DNA from: Candidatus Pacearchaeota archaeon
Lineage (GTDB): Archaea > Nanobdellota > Nanobdellia > Pacearchaeales > GW2011-AR1
Assembly (NCBI GenBank): GCA_023133415.1
Contig: JAGLWM010000001.1
Location: 13,207-77,206, forward strand
Direction of reading: 5' to 3'
DNA: 64,000 nt
In this document: positions 1 to 10,275 of the stretch, in pieces
How the letters are laid out: each line of letters begins with the position of its first letter
Position numbering within the stretch: the first letter of the stretch is position 1
Notes under the pieces: model-generated
The model's input: only the letters and a program-made list of their open reading frames with translations
What the model was told of the DNA's origin: nothing
The model's database searches: none
Translations under genes and position numbers: made by a program

Positions 1-137
1 AAAAGTCGGCAGTGGGTAGTGGGTTGTCGGTAGTGGGGAAAGGGGAACTAAAAACCAAAGACCAAAAACTAAAAACTAAGAGGGGGAAGACTACTAACTA
101 CCAGCGAAGCGAACTACCGACTACCGACTTGAGCGAT
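1..137. repeat. Heptamer-repeat low-complexity tract with inverted arms, in frame inside the flippase gene
   Basis: AGTSGGT-type heptamers occur at 4-38 and their C-rich complement at 90-129. Positions 4-20 and 113-129 are inverted copies (15/17). An A-rich spacer lies between them. The tract is translated as KGELKTKDQKLKTKRGKTTNYQRSELPTTD. Confidence 0.7.
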
Positions 138-518
138 TTGGTTGTTAGGGCGGTTAAGATTATTAGTTTGATTATGATTCCTGCTATAATTGTTATTGTT
201 TTGTTTGGGGATTGGATTTTGTTGGCTTTTGGTGAGGAGTATTCGAGGGAGGGGTTTAGGTTTTTGCAGATAATTGCTTTGAGTGGGGTTTTTGTTGGGG
301 TGAATACTGTATATAGTGGAGTGTTTAGAGTTAAGAAGAAGGTTAAGGAACTTATTTTTGTTACTTTTATTAGTGCAGTTTTAATTTTAGGATTGAGTTA
401 TTTTATGATAGATAAAGGGTTGATGGGGATTGGCTTTGCGTGGGTTGTGGGACAAGGAATTGTTAGTTTAGTTTATTTGGGATTGAGTTTTAGGCAAGGA
501 AGTTTTAAAAAGAATTAG
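1..518 (+). CDS. Polysaccharide/oligosaccharide flippase (MOP/Wzx-like), C-terminal part; 5' end outside the window
   Basis: The frame of ORF 12..518 stays open to the window edge. Hydrophobic helices (IISLIMIPAIIVIVLFG, IIALSGVFVGV, FISAVLILGLSYF, IGFAWVVGQGIVSLVYLG) resemble flippase C-termini. It heads a glycosyltransferase cluster. Family call is by pattern only. Confidence 0.45.
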   Translation, partial: KSAVGSGLSVVGKGELKTKDQKLKTKRGKTTNYQRSELPTTDLSDLVVRAVKIISLIMIPAIIVIVLFGDWILLAFGEEYSREGFRFLQIIALSGVFVGVNTVYSGVFRVKKKVKELIFVTFISAVLILGLSYFMIDKGLMGIGFAWVVGQGIVSLVYLGLSFRQGSFKKN

Positions 519-533
519 CCGTATAACAATATT

Positions 534-1379
534 ATGGATGTTAAAAAACTTTTTTCTGTGATTAAAAAATTCGGGAGAAAATCTAATTCGGAAAAAGAAA
601 GAAAGAAGTTTTGTTATTTGCTTGGAATTATTATGTTAATCATGTCATTAACCATAATCTATATGTTGATTAAAGATTTATTAAAAAATGCGGGAGTATC
701 TTTTAACATTGCTCATGTTACTTTTATTTTTATGACTTTAATCGCTTTGCTTGCTTCTTTAATCTTAATAAGAGAGAGTTTTGAAAAAATAAATGGTTAT
801 TTTATTTTTGGATGCATTTTATCTCTTTCAGTATTATTTGTAGGATTGTATGGTTTTCAGATGCTTTATTTTATAGATAGCACATCATTTCATCCTTATT
901 CTAGCAATATTAAAGATTTTGAAAAACTAAAAGAAGCCGATTTAATGAAAAACTTGATTGTACCGTCATGTTCTAATTTAATGAATAGTAAATATTTCAC
1001 GGAATATGATATTCTCAGCTGTAATTTTAGTCTTGATTTTAAGAGTGAATTTTTACAAATTATAAATATAGACAAAGAATTATCTAATGGAAGTCGTATC
1101 TCTTCAAGTTGGGATTGTGAGGATAATTTTTGCGAATTTCATTTGCATTTAGAAGATGATATAAAAAGGTTCTATATATATCCAATATACACATACGAAA
1201 ATGAAACGCTTTCTCCTATTATGTATATTTTTGAAATTGATTTTCTATATAGCGAGAGAGATTTGAGAGAAATGGCGATTGATAAGTTTACATTATTAAT
1301 TACAATAATCACCATATCTTTTATTAGTGTCTGGGCTGGTGTTTATTATGCAAAAAGGATTTTAGAGGAAAAAACATAA
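534..1379 (+). CDS. Hypothetical multi-pass membrane protein
   Basis: 281-aa ORF with several hydrophobic segments at the N-terminus and one at the C-terminus. No recognisable motif. Confidence 0.4.
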   Translation: MDVKKLFSVIKKFGRKSNSEKERKKFCYLLGIIMLIMSLTIIYMLIKDLLKNAGVSFNIAHVTFIFMTLIALLASLILIRESFEKINGYFIFGCILSLSVLFVGLYGFQMLYFIDSTSFHPYSSNIKDFEKLKEADLMKNLIVPSCSNLMNSKYFTEYDILSCNFSLDFKSEFLQIINIDKELSNGSRISSSWDCEDNFCEFHLHLEDDIKRFYIYPIYTYENETLSPIMYIFEIDFLYSERDLREMAIDKFTLLITIITISFISVWAGVYYAKRILEEKT

Positions 1380-1563
1380 AGATTTTATTGTTATTATATT
1401 TGAAGAAAGTTAATGGGTATTAGGTTGGAATGGTGTTGAGAAAGTAAGAAATTGAGAGGAAAATATAAAATTGTCTGCAAACGCAGGATTGATAAAACTA
1501 TTAATGTAAAAAGTGAAATCTTTTATAGTGGGGGTAATTGTTTGTTATAAATTATTTAATTTT

Positions 1564-1620
1564 GTATGTTGGAGTTGTGAGACCATTTTGGTTTATTTGG
1601 GGTTGAGTTGGAGGAAATAG
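1564..1620 (+). pseudogene. Remnant of a second flippase 3' end
   Basis: It translates as VCWSCETILVYLGLSWRK*, which parallels the end of the flippase ORF (AWVVGQGIVSLVYLGLSFRQG, 436-500). The DNA stretch gtttatttggg(g/a)ttgagtt is shared. Confidence 0.35.
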
Positions 1621-1722
1621 GATTATGCCTTACAAATATTTTTATAGCTTGAAGTTTCTTTGGATGTTGTACTTATGTGAGATAGTTTGAGGAAGAAGTT
1701 GTAAGACTCGGTTTGGACAGAA

Positions 1723-2619
1723 CTAATCGCTAAAGGGATTAAACATTTGCCCTTCTTGGATTGATCTTTGTAATGAACCATCATTCATTCCATCAATTAT
1801 TTTATCCATTGCAGTTTCATATATCCCTACAACATTTCCTATTCCAACTTGAGAATTTAATGTCAATTGCTGAACCATAATCATTTGTATTCCAAGTAAG
1901 GCTTTTTCTCCCTCGGTAAAACTTGTATCATCTATATCTGGAATTAAAATTCCTTCGTTTTGTCTTGAACTTATTATTCCAATTATTTCTCCAGTATCAC
2001 TTAAAAATACAGGTCCTCCACTATTGCCTCTGTTGACAAATGAATTAATATTGTAGAAAAATGCCCCTTCTCCGACTTCCTTAACTGAGGATATGACTCC
2101 TTCATGAAGCATTGGGCTTACTTCATTTAAAGGAAATCCCACAAATCCAATTTTAGCCCCAACTAATGCTCTTTTTCTTTCAATAATTTTTAGAGGGGGA
2201 ACAGGAAGGTTCGCTTTAAACATCATAAAATCTATCCCATTCAAAGATACTGCTTCTGTGATGATGTTGTCATATTCATTACCATTCCAAACAAGCTTTA
2301 TATTTTTTCCATTAAGATTTTCTAAAACATGGGATGCAGTTAAAAACATTCCATCTCCAACAGAAAAAGCAGTTCCCTTGCTCCAAATGTTTCCCTTCTC
2401 ATCAACATAAATTAAACCACTAGTTTTATCATTTATGTTTGCTGTATCGGTCTCTACCAATATTAAGACTGTGGAATTTGTCACTAAAGCGGAATTTTTT
2501 GAAAATGCTTTGTTATTTTCTAAATTATTTATTTTTGAATTAAGACTTGAATAAGCAAAAACTCCTGTAACAAGAAAAAGAAAAACAATACCTATAAAAA
2601 ATACAGCCTTTTTATCCAT
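1723..2619 (-). CDS. Secreted/membrane-anchored trypsin-like serine protease (S1/Trypsin_2-like)
   Basis: N-terminal signal anchor (AVFFIGIVFLFLVTGVFAY). His motif TASHV, Asp region DFMMFK, and Ser motif GNSGGPVF. Confidence 0.75.
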   Translation of the reverse strand: MDKKAVFFIGIVFLFLVTGVFAYSSLNSKINNLENNKAFSKNSALVTNSTVLILVETDTANINDKTSGLIYVDEKGNIWSKGTAFSVGDGMFLTASHVLENLNGKNIKLVWNGNEYDNIITEAVSLNGIDFMMFKANLPVPPLKIIERKRALVGAKIGFVGFPLNEVSPMLHEGVISSVKEVGEGAFFYNINSFVNRGNSGGPVFLSDTGEIIGIISSRQNEGILIPDIDDTSFTEGEKALLGIQMIMVQQLTLNSQVGIGNVVGIYETAMDKIIDGMNDGSLQRSIQEGQMFNPFSD

Positions 2620-2698
2620 ATAAATAACTAGAATTTTATCCTATTTAAATTTTTCTCTCATCCCTCCCCTTTGACAATCTCTCTAAAATTTTTAAATA

Positions 2699-3326
2699 TT
2701 ATCTCTTCTCCAAAACAAAAAACACATGGTATTTATTTTCATAAGGACTAAAAACTTTTTTTATTTTGAAATATTTTAACATGGTCTTTTTTATTTTTTT
2801 AAGAGAATATTTTCTCATTCCAATTTCCCAATAATGTTCTCCATCAAATTTTGCTTTTTTATAAAATCTTGGCAATGTTAATGAAAAATTAGTTTGCTTA
2901 TTTAATGGAACACCAATTTTTAATGAATTACCAATTTGGACACCACAATAGGGTAAGCTTATCAAAACATTTTTTTTTAGAAACCCTTGCAATTTCTTTT
3001 AATGATTTTTCAAAAAAATTAAAGGGTAAATGTTCCAACACTTGGAAACAACAAACTAAATCAAAAGAATTATTTTTCAATGGAATATTATCAACGCCCC
3101 CTAAAACATCTGGATTTAAATCTTTAGCAATATCCATTACTTTATAAGTTATTTCTTTTGAAAGTTGTTTTTTTAAGAAATTGTTTCCTGCTCCAATTTC
3201 TAAAACTGAAGATGGTTTTAATTCATAGACATGTTTTAATTGATAATAATAAGACATCCATCTCTGCTTATCTATATATTTTTTAAAATCATAATGTTCT
3301 TTAGTTACTTGTTTTATGGGTTTCAT
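2699..3326 (-). pseudogene. Class I SAM-dependent methyltransferase interrupted by a frameshift in an A9 run
   Basis: ORF 2928..3326 carries SAM motif I (VLEIGAGNN) and the FDLVCCFQVLEHL motif. The reading continues in ORF 2699..2992 (..KKNVLISLPY..) after a 1-nt shift at the homopolymer 2970-2978 (T9 on plus, A9 on the coding strand). Confidence 0.6.
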
Positions 3327-3343
3327 TTAAATATTTCAAAACC

Positions 3344-4480
3344 TTATTTCGTATGAGTTTTATTTATTTTTAATCCGAAATTAATCGCATTGTTAAAAGT
3401 TTTCGCAGAAGTTTTAATATCAACAATTTTTTTTGGAGGAATTTTTTTTATATTTTTTTTCATGTCTAATAATAGTTTCGGATCATTTAATAACTTTTTT
3501 ATGGCTAAATGTATCTCTTTTTTACTTTCAGGATTTATCGTTAATCCCGTTTTGTTTTCGTTAATTAATTCGCATCCTGCGGCAGCATTTGTAGTTATAA
3601 TAGGAACATTATAATAAAGCGATTCATTAATAACAAACCCCCAAGCATCATCCAATGTTGGAAAAACAAAAAAATCAGCCATAGAGTAAAAATTTGCTTT
3701 TTCTATTCCTTCTGCATAATCAAAGAATTTTATGTTATTATTTTCTTTTGCTAATTTTCTCAATTCATTTTTATATTCTCCGTCCCCAACTATTAAAAGT
3801 AAGACATCTTTTTGATTTAATCTATTAAAAGCCTGAATTAAATATTGAATTCCCTTGTCTTTTCTTAAATATCCTAAATGTAAAATAATTTTTTTATTTT
3901 TCCATTTTACAGGTTTCAGAATTTTTTTTAATTCAGGCAATAAGCATTTCGGCATAATTTGAGTACCAACAAAGATAGTTTTTTTATTATTTAAACTTTT
4001 CATAAATTCTTTAGATTTTAAAGAATAACATAAAAATCCTGTTGAAATATTTAGCAATAGTCTTAAATAAATTTTCTTAAGGGATTTTATTACTTTCCCC
4101 ATTTTATTTCTTGATTTATAATTTTCTTCTTTTTCACCTGTCCAAATAAAAATTGGTTTTCTTTTTAATTTTGCAAAAAAACAGCAAGTTAATAATGAAA
4201 GAAAAGATTCCGAGCTTTTTGCAAGAATATAACAATCAAAATTTTGTTTGACTAAATATTTTATAAGACCAAAATTGATAACAAAACCTTTTAAAGAAAT
4301 GTTTTTTAGTATTTTATGTTTAAAAGTATATTTATCTAATGAAGTTGTCCATAATCTATCTTTTGAATTTTCTTTGCAGAAAATAACTTCTAAATTATAT
4401 TTTTTAGAAATTTCTTCAAATAGTGGAAGGCGATAGGGAGCAAGAATATTGTGTAATATTAAAACTTTTTTATTTTTCAT
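3344..4480 (-). CDS. Glycosyltransferase, GT-B fold (GT4-like)
   Basis: 378 aa. The C-terminal half (FVFPTLDDAWGFVINESLYYNVPIITTN) resembles the GT4 EX7E region. Located in the glycosylation cluster. Confidence 0.7.
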   Translation of the reverse strand: MKNKKVLILHNILAPYRLPLFEEISKKYNLEVIFCKENSKDRLWTTSLDKYTFKHKILKNISLKGFVINFGLIKYLVKQNFDCYILAKSSESFLSLLTCCFFAKLKRKPIFIWTGEKEENYKSRNKMGKVIKSLKKIYLRLLLNISTGFLCYSLKSKEFMKSLNNKKTIFVGTQIMPKCLLPELKKILKPVKWKNKKIILHLGYLRKDKGIQYLIQAFNRLNQKDVLLLIVGDGEYKNELRKLAKENNNIKFFDYAEGIEKANFYSMADFFVFPTLDDAWGFVINESLYYNVPIITTNAAAGCELINENKTGLTINPESKKEIHLAIKKLLNDPKLLLDMKKNIKKIPPKKIVDIKTSAKTFNNAINFGLKINKTHTK

Positions 4481-5507
4481 TTAATACCCCTAAATAATTT
4501 TTAGCAATTTTATCCCAAGAATATTTTAATACTTTTTGTCTTGCGTTTTTCTCAATGAGTTTTCTTTTTTTTTTATTTGTCATTAAATCTACAATCGCAT
4601 TTTTTAATGCTTTTTCATCTTTTGCAGGGATTATAATTCCATCTTTTTTATTTTCAATATATTCTGAAAATCCGAGAGGTGTTGCAATTACAGCTTTTCC
4701 ACAAGACATGGCTTCAAAACCACATAAAGGAAAACCTTCCCTATATGAAGGAAAAATACAAATTGTTGTCCTATTATATAATATAACTAAATCCTCTGTT
4801 TTTTGAAAACCCAAATTTTTTGTATTTGGCAAATTAATTAGATTTGATAATTCTCCCTGTCCTGCAAACCAAAATTCATATTGAGGTAGTTGTTTTGCAA
4901 CTGCAAGAATTTCTTTGATTCCTTTTAATTCAATAAATCTTCCTGTAAATAAGACTATATTCTTTTTTCGTTTGATATTCTTTAATAGTTTGAAAGCTTT
5001 TGTATCAACACCATTTGGAATTACGATTATTTTTTGTTTATATTTTTGAGGGAGTTGTTGGGTTAATCCCTTTGAAATTGAAATTATCTTAGTTGCTTTA
5101 TTGAAAGCTTTTTTAACAATTAGATTTTGAAAAAGCTTTTTCTTTAATTTTAAATTATTTGTTTCTTCTCCATGCAAAGATGGAATCATGATGCTTTTAG
5201 ATTTCAAAAATAAAGTTAGTAAAAATGAATATTCTAAAACTGGATTAATAACACTAATTTTTTCTTTTAATATTATTTTATCAACATTTTTTGCAATTTT
5301 TTTAATTTTGATTAATCTTTTAAGAATATTTTTATTAAAAACATTTCCTAAATTATAAGTTTTTATCCCTAAATTTTCGTAAATTGAATAAATTTCATTG
5401 TTCACAAAAAGAACATAATTTTCTCCTTTAGAATGTTCTAGTAATTCTTTTACAACTCTTTCTGCTCCTGAAAATCCATCTGAAATTAATAATATTCCAA
5501 TTCTCAT
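4470..5507 (-). CDS. Glycosyltransferase family 4
   Basis: SYREGFPLCGFEAMSCGKAVIAT motif (E-G-F-P...E-A-M..G.P) typical of GT4. Its start overlaps the previous gene. Confidence 0.8.
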   Translation of the reverse strand: MRIGILLISDGFSGAERVVKELLEHSKGENYVLFVNNEIYSIYENLGIKTYNLGNVFNKNILKRLIKIKKIAKNVDKIILKEKISVINPVLEYSFLLTLFLKSKSIMIPSLHGEETNNLKLKKKLFQNLIVKKAFNKATKIISISKGLTQQLPQKYKQKIIVIPNGVDTKAFKLLKNIKRKKNIVLFTGRFIELKGIKEILAVAKQLPQYEFWFAGQGELSNLINLPNTKNLGFQKTEDLVILYNRTTICIFPSYREGFPLCGFEAMSCGKAVIATPLGFSEYIENKKDGIIIPAKDEKALKNAIVDLMTNKKKRKLIEKNARQKVLKYSWDKIAKNYLGVLNEK

Positions 5508-7855
5508 TTAAATATTTCAGACCCCCCATTATTATAAACTTTGTTTTTGTTTTTATTAAGGAACTCTGTTGGGAAATTAAGATAAAGAGCTATATTGTTA
5601 AAAGATTTTGTATATACCCCAAAATTTTTATTATTATAACTTGAATAAATATAAGATTTCAAAACTAACCCCGAATAAATATCTGAAGATATTCGATTAC
5701 TAGAACAATTTTCTGAAAGAAGCATTTTCCCATAAGAATGCGAACCAACATAAATTTTATTTTTGTTATTATTTAAAAAAAACCAATTTGTTGAAATAAT
5801 ATCTGGTTTGTGAGTATAAAACTTGCTATAACTTAAACCAATATTATTCAATACTAAAGAAACATCTGGGCCTCCAATTAATTGTGCATAAAATCCAGAA
5901 AAAATTAGAAAATAAAAAATAAAAAACAAAAGAACAAGTTTCAGTTTTTTATTAAAAAAGAGAAAAATACATAAAAATCCAGATACCGAATAAAAAGAAG
6001 TTAAGAAAAGAGATTGCTGAAATATTCTTGAAGTATCATAGTTAACTGAGATAAAAGGTAATAAAATAATAAAACCGACCAAAGTATAGAAGGTAAATGC
6101 TAATACTTTTTCTTTTTTATTTTCCCCATCTTTCTTAAAACAATAAATTAGATAAAAAAAACCGATTATGAACAAAACTTTTCCCAAAATTTCAAATATC
6201 TTTTTTGAATCATGTAAAAATTTAAATTGCCCAAGAGGGGTCAAGAGTATTCCTTGAGGGATTTTTATTCTTGGTTTATAAGAATTTTGAAACAAAAAAC
6301 CGCCTGATTCAGTAGATTCCTCACTTATTTCTAATAAATATTCATCAAGAAGATTACTCATACTTTTTTTAGAGGAGATGCTAAATTGTTCTAATATTGA
6401 ATGTCCTGGGGCTTGAAGATCTTCATTAAACAAATCTCCTAAATTTGAAAAACTATTCTTTAGAAAATAATTAATCCCATTAGATGTAGAGGTAGCTTGT
6501 GAATACCATAAAAACCCAAATATAAACAATAATAAAATTAATCCAAATGTTAAAAAATATACATTTGTTTTTTTATGTTTTAATTTATCTTTCTTTTTCT
6601 TAATTTTTTCATACTTTTGATAAATTAAAGAAAAAACATACACTAATAAAAAAATAGCAAGGGCAATATAAGTTGTGGAATAATGAGAAACAGCCATTGA
6701 AAATCCAAAGATGATAAAAAAGAGTTTTCTTGCATTTGTATTAATATTCTCCCTAAATATTATTAAAAGCATTAATCCAAAAAATAAAAATGCAATCTGT
6801 TGCCTAATTGGAATTGAATACCAGCTAATAAACATTGGTTGTGACATAAAAAAGAATGCGGCAAAAAAAGATAATATTTTTGATTTTTCTTTGAACAATA
6901 AATAAACTATAATTGGGGTTAAGGCATAAATAAAAACCTCTGCAAATTTTAAAATAAAATGCGGATTGATTGAGGTAATACTATAAAATATTGAAGGCAA
7001 AATTGTTAAAGCCAACATCGAGCCATAAGCCCCTCTGAAAATTTCCGGACTCCAAAATTGTATCTTTATTATAGAATTTAAAATGCTAAGTTCAGAATTA
7101 GTATCAACCCCACTAACAAACCAACTTCTTAGAGAAGTCATTAATAAAATCGCAATTGCTATAAACAAAATTCCCCAAGGGAAAACATTCTCATTTAATC
7201 TTTTCCTGAAAATTGTAAGTAATAAAACATAAACCGCAATCCCTCCTAACATAATCATAGTTAAAATATTTGTGCCATGATTGTTCAATAAAAAAGCTCC
7301 GAGAATTGAAAGAACAGGAAACAACATTGGCACAATAAAAAAGATTCTGTTTGTTAAATCTAATTTTGGAGATTTTATTTCTAATGATAATTTTTTATTT
7401 CTAATATATGCAATTATCCAAAATACTATTAAAAAAATATTAAAACAAATCAATATAGGCCATAATGAAAGAGGTTCGTCAGTTATATTCAACAAAGGCA
7501 AAATCCAATTTACAGCCAACCCCCCAAACATAATAAAGCTAACAGAAAGCCCAATAACATAAACCAAATATTCCCAAAATCCAATTTCTCTAATTTTCAA
7601 CATTAACATAATTAATAATCCAGGAATTGTTATTAAGAAAATAAATGAGAGTATTGCTCGAATATAAAACTGGTTTATATCAAGACCCACTAAAATATTT
7701 ATCAATAGCAAAAATGCCAATATCCCAAAAAACAATTTATTCTTAGTTAAATTAAAAAGATTTACTTTTCCAAATTTAGGAGAGGGTTCTTCTTCTAAAT
7801 CTTCTTTAGGAATTGTGAAAAAAGATTTTAGTTTATTTTTTAGATTTAATTTCAT
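5504..7855 (-). CDS. Large polytopic membrane protein, putative glycan polymerase/GT-C-like enzyme
   Basis: 783 aa with more than 15 hydrophobic helices, embedded between glycosyltransferases with overlapping starts and stops. No WWDYG motif, so it is not called AglB. Confidence 0.45.
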   Translation of the reverse strand: MKLNLKNKLKSFFTIPKEDLEEEPSPKFGKVNLFNLTKNKLFFGILAFLLLINILVGLDINQFYIRAILSFIFLITIPGLLIMLMLKIREIGFWEYLVYVIGLSVSFIMFGGLAVNWILPLLNITDEPLSLWPILICFNIFLIVFWIIAYIRNKKLSLEIKSPKLDLTNRIFFIVPMLFPVLSILGAFLLNNHGTNILTMIMLGGIAVYVLLLTIFRKRLNENVFPWGILFIAIAILLMTSLRSWFVSGVDTNSELSILNSIIKIQFWSPEIFRGAYGSMLALTILPSIFYSITSINPHFILKFAEVFIYALTPIIVYLLFKEKSKILSFFAAFFFMSQPMFISWYSIPIRQQIAFLFFGLMLLIIFRENINTNARKLFFIIFGFSMAVSHYSTTYIALAIFLLVYVFSLIYQKYEKIKKKKDKLKHKKTNVYFLTFGLILLLFIFGFLWYSQATSTSNGINYFLKNSFSNLGDLFNEDLQAPGHSILEQFSISSKKSMSNLLDEYLLEISEESTESGGFLFQNSYKPRIKIPQGILLTPLGQFKFLHDSKKIFEILGKVLFIIGFFYLIYCFKKDGENKKEKVLAFTFYTLVGFIILLPFISVNYDTSRIFQQSLFLTSFYSVSGFLCIFLFFNKKLKLVLLFFIFYFLIFSGFYAQLIGGPDVSLVLNNIGLSYSKFYTHKPDIISTNWFFLNNNKNKIYVGSHSYGKMLLSENCSSNRISSDIYSGLVLKSYIYSSYNNKNFGVYTKSFNNIALYLNFPTEFLNKNKNKVYNNGGSEIFK

Positions 7856-8975
7856 TTTGTTTTAAAACTTTTCCATAAACATTTAAAAGTTTTTTTGCAT
7901 TTTTTTTCCAACTAAATTTATTTATTGCTTCTTCACGAGAATATTTTTTCATTTTAGCAATTTTAGTTTTATCTCCTAATAATTTTTTGATTGAATATTT
8001 AATATTTGTTGGCGTAGGATTAATTATATGGATATTATTTACATCTAAATGTCTTTTATAAATTGGAAGATTACTTACTATAATTGGTAAACCTGATGCC
8101 ATTGCTTCTAGAACTGTTAAAGGAAATCCCTCGCTTTTTGATGGAAGAATAAAAACATCACTTAATTGATAAATTTCTTTTAATTCCTTTTGGGGCAATG
8201 TGCCCATAAAAATTGCGTTCTTGTCATTTTGCATATGTTCTGGAGTTTCCCCATCCCCTACAAAAATAATTGTGTAATCTTTATCTCTTGCCTCAAATAA
8301 TTTATCAAATCCCTTTACTTCAACTAATCTTCCAACAAAAATAATTATCGGTTTATTTGTCGGCAAATTGTATTTTTTTCTTAATTTGTTTTTATTTTGA
8401 TTAGTTGCTGGTTTAAATAAATTAATATCTACAGAATTTTCTATAAAAATAGTTTTTTCCTGCTCCCCCAACCAATCTTTTACCTGCTCATTGCACACAA
8501 TAATCTTTTTTGCAGAATTAATAATAAACCTTCCATAAGTTTTATGAACCAACCATTGAATAAAATTAACAATCCATTTGCTATGTTTTATAGTTTCAAC
8601 ATGTTGCATCATTACAAAAGGTTTTTTTCTTATTTTTGAGACTAAAGCTCCAACAAAAGAAGGCAGATAAAAAAAATCATGAACATGAACAATATCAACT
8701 TCTTTTATTTCTTTATTCAAAACCTTAATCAACTTCAAAGAAAAAACAGGGTAAGGAATCCCCCATTTTCTTTCAAAAAAATTCCAAGCTTTTACTCTTC
8801 TTATTTTTATTCCATCCATAATCTCTTCTTCTGGTTCATCGCCAACTTTAGAGCTAACTATTGTTACATCATGACCTTGCTTAACCAATTCTTTAGCCTG
8901 ATTATATGCAACAAATTCAATCCCTCCTTTATGTGGCAAAAAATAATGAGTTGCGATTAAGATTTTCATTCCCAA
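7833..8975 (-). CDS. Glycosyltransferase family 4
   Basis: N-terminal THYFLPHKGGIEF and C-terminal SKSEGFPLTVLEAMASGLPIIVS motifs. Confidence 0.8.
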   Translation of the reverse strand: MGMKILIATHYFLPHKGGIEFVAYNQAKELVKQGHDVTIVSSKVGDEPEEEIMDGIKIRRVKAWNFFERKWGIPYPVFSLKLIKVLNKEIKEVDIVHVHDFFYLPSFVGALVSKIRKKPFVMMQHVETIKHSKWIVNFIQWLVHKTYGRFIINSAKKIIVCNEQVKDWLGEQEKTIFIENSVDINLFKPATNQNKNKLRKKYNLPTNKPIIIFVGRLVEVKGFDKLFEARDKDYTIIFVGDGETPEHMQNDKNAIFMGTLPQKELKEIYQLSDVFILPSKSEGFPLTVLEAMASGLPIIVSNLPIYKRHLDVNNIHIINPTPTNIKYSIKKLLGDKTKIAKMKKYSREEAINKFSWKKNAKKLLNVYGKVLKQNEIKSKK

Positions 8976-9680
8976 TCAAAACCCCATCAACCCAAGCCTC
9001 TTAACAAAAAGATGAACTGTATTCTTCACAGCATCTTTCCAGCCATCAAGTTTAACTTCACCAACTCTCACTCTATAATCAATAGGAACCTCCTTGCACT
9101 TAAACCCCTTCTGAAAAGCCTCAATTTTCAACGCCTGAGAAAAAGGCATCCCGGAAGCCTTAACATTTAATTTAGACCAAATCTTTTTCTTAAAAATCCA
9201 CATCCCCGATTGAGAATCATGAAACGGAAATCCCCTCCAAAGACACCTGCAAATCGTCGCCAAAAACCAATTCCCAAACTGATGTGTCCAATGCATAACC
9301 CCAGGCCTCAAATTAGTTAGCCTATCCGTACTAATAAAATCAATATTCTCCTTCTCTATAATTTTCAGGAATTTTGGAATGTCCTCGAAAGGATAAGTGC
9401 AATCTGCATCCCCTGTAATGATTATATCTCCATGACTATTCGCAAAACCAGCCTTGTAAGCGTTCCCATAACCCCTCACGGGCTGAACAAAAACCGTCGC
9501 ACCATTTTTCTTTGCAATATGCCCAGTCTTATCCGTTGAGCCATTATCGACAATCATAATTTCCACATCATAACCCATCGCCTTAATTTTAGAAATCGGA
9601 ACCTCTTTGATAACACTCGCAACAGCCTCCTCCTCATTCAACGCCGGTATAACAACTGTTATTTTTTTCTTTTTGGCCAT
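8976..9680 (-). CDS. Glycosyltransferase family 2 (dolichyl-phosphate hexose synthase-like)
   Basis: VVIPALNEEE, VDNGSTD and GDADCTYP (DXD-type) motifs. 234 aa. Confidence 0.8.
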   Translation of the reverse strand: MAKKKKITVVIPALNEEEAVASVIKEVPISKIKAMGYDVEIMIVDNGSTDKTGHIAKKNGATVFVQPVRGYGNAYKAGFANSHGDIIITGDADCTYPFEDIPKFLKIIEKENIDFISTDRLTNLRPGVMHWTHQFGNWFLATICRCLWRGFPFHDSQSGMWIFKKKIWSKLNVKASGMPFSQALKIEAFQKGFKCKEVPIDYRVRVGEVKLDGWKDAVKNTVHLFVKRLGLMGF

Positions 9681-9749
9681 ATAATTTTTGCGGTTCTTTG
9701 TTTATAAAGTTAATTACAAAGTTGTTCCTCTGGAGTGGGATAGTAGTTA

Positions 9750-10268
9750 GTGGGAATTTTTAAAAAGGCGCAGCACGGTTTGTATTTTATGAAAAAGGTC
9801 TTAATTGCCGGAATAATTATTTTGATTGGTTTTATAGTTGTTCTACAGTTTATTCCTCTGGGAATTGAGCCGTTGACAGAGTTGTATTTTGAGAATCACA
9901 CGAAGCTGCCTAAGTATATTTTTCCGGGTAGAGAGTATAATTTTAGTTTTACGATTCATAATTTGGAGTATCAGAATATGGGTTATGATTATAGCGTAGA
10001 TGCTTATAAGGGGAATGAGTTTTGGTATAATCTTGATTCTGGCAGGGTTTTTATTGGGGATAATGAGTCTGCGACTTTAGGTGGAGAGTTTGTTTTGAAT
10101 AAGGGGTTTGATAGGGCTAGGATTCAGATAAATATTGAGAAAGATCATTTGGATATTGTTCCGGATTTTAAGAAGAAACTTTGGTGGCCGGATCCGAATT
10201 ATCCTGATAGTGTGGATATTCATTTTTGGGTAGAGGAGATTGTTGGAGCTACGATAATAAAGAGTTAG
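9750..10268 (+). CDS. Hypothetical membrane-anchored protein
   Basis: One N-terminal TM helix (VLIAGIIILIGFIVVLQFI) followed by a soluble domain. No recognised motif. Confidence 0.4.
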   Translation: MGIFKKAQHGLYFMKKVLIAGIIILIGFIVVLQFIPLGIEPLTELYFENHTKLPKYIFPGREYNFSFTIHNLEYQNMGYDYSVDAYKGNEFWYNLDSGRVFIGDNESATLGGEFVLNKGFDRARIQINIEKDHLDIVPDFKKKLWWPDPNYPDSVDIHFWVEEIVGATIIKS

Positions 10269-10275
10269 TCATTAA

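Noticed and set aside
5504-7855. Calling the 783-aa membrane protein the oligosaccharyltransferase AglB.
   Set aside because: There is no WWDYG-type motif and no recognisable C-terminal soluble domain. It is kept as a generic polytopic glycan-related membrane protein.
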